Positions 63,255 to 64,000 of a stretch of DNA of 64,000 nt are shown here, in pieces. The first letter of the stretch is position 1. The number at the start of each line of letters is the position of its first letter. The position numbers and the translations under genes are program-made. The stretch is taken from assembly GCA_028534125.1 (NCBI GenBank), contig CM052816.1:81222001-81286000 (forward strand), written 5' to 3'. The notes beneath the pieces were generated by a model. The model ran no database searches and was not told the origin of the DNA. It worked only from the letters and a program-made list of their open reading frames with translations. The DNA comes from Lama glama (taxonomy: Eukaryota).

Positions 63255-64000
63255 TGCCATCTCACACCCATTAGGATGTCTATTATCAAAATAATAATAA
63301 TAATAATGATTGCTGGAGACATGTAGGTGAAATTGAAACCCTTGTGCAGTATTGGTGGGAATATAAAATGGTGCAGCAGCTATAGAAAACAGTGTGGTGG
63401 TTCCTCAAAAAATTAAAGATAGATTACCATCTGATCCAATAATTCCACTTCTGAGTATATACTCAAAATAATTGAAAGCAGGGACTTCAGTAAATATTCA
63501 TACACCCGTATTCGTGGAAGCATTATTCACAATAGCCAAAAGATGGAAGCAACCCACATGTCCGTCAACGTGGATGAATGTGTAAACGAAATGTGGTACA
63601 TAGATACAATGGAATATTAATCAGCTTTTAAAAGGAAGGAAATTCTAACACATGCTACAACATGGATGAACCTGGAGGACAGTATGCTAAGTGAAATAAG
63701 CCACTCACAAAAAGATACATGCTGGATGATTCCACTTACATGAGGTACCTAGAGTAGGCAGGTCCTTAGAGACAGAAAGCAGAATAGTTTCTGGTAGGTG
63801 GTTTCTCCTGGTGGTTGCCAGGAGCTGGAAGGAGGGAAGAATGAAGAGTTGTTGTTTCATAGGTATAGATTTTCAGTTTTGCAAGATGAAAAGAGTTCTG
63901 AAGATTGGTTGCACAACAACGTGAAGCTAATTAACAGTGCTGAACTACATGCTTACAAATGGTTAAGATGGTCAATTTTAAGTTATATGTATTTTACTAC
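63255..64000 (+). mobile_element. L1M (MA/MB-type) 3' end, running off the window
   Basis: tgccatctcacacccattaggatg...ccacttctgagtatatactcaaaa...atgctaagtgaaataagcc...aaatggttaagatgg. Confidence 0.85.

Noticed and set aside
1..64000. CRISPR arrays, operons or prokaryotic defence systems
   Set aside because: The sequence is clearly mammalian; no regularly spaced repeat-spacer array was seen

Overview
Mammalian genomic DNA, most likely camelid, judged from five copies of a tRNA-derived Vic-1-like SINE. The window holds one complete protein-coding gene: SUB1 (PC4 transcriptional coactivator, 127 aa) on the minus strand. It has a non-coding exon 1 in a CpG-island promoter (~43.1-44.1 kb), four coding exons (41347-41418, 39062-39184, 29033-29141, 27364-27443) and a ~3 kb 3'UTR with tandem AATAAA sites. 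Most of the rest is intergenic or intronic sequence rich in SINE, L1, L2, MIR, MaLR/ERV LTR and Charlie/Tigger fossils. The most striking observation is an orphan CpG island at ~21.3-21.9 kb. It looks like an L1-mediated retrocopy of the unspliced 5' end of NEURL4 (short 5'UTR, exon 1, ~290 nt of presumed intron 1, A-rich tail, 9-bp target-site duplication). It keeps its CpGs and splice donor, and lies just upstream of local exon-like splice signals that point convergently toward the SUB1 3' end. Gene and repeat-family names come from recalled sequences, not database searches.
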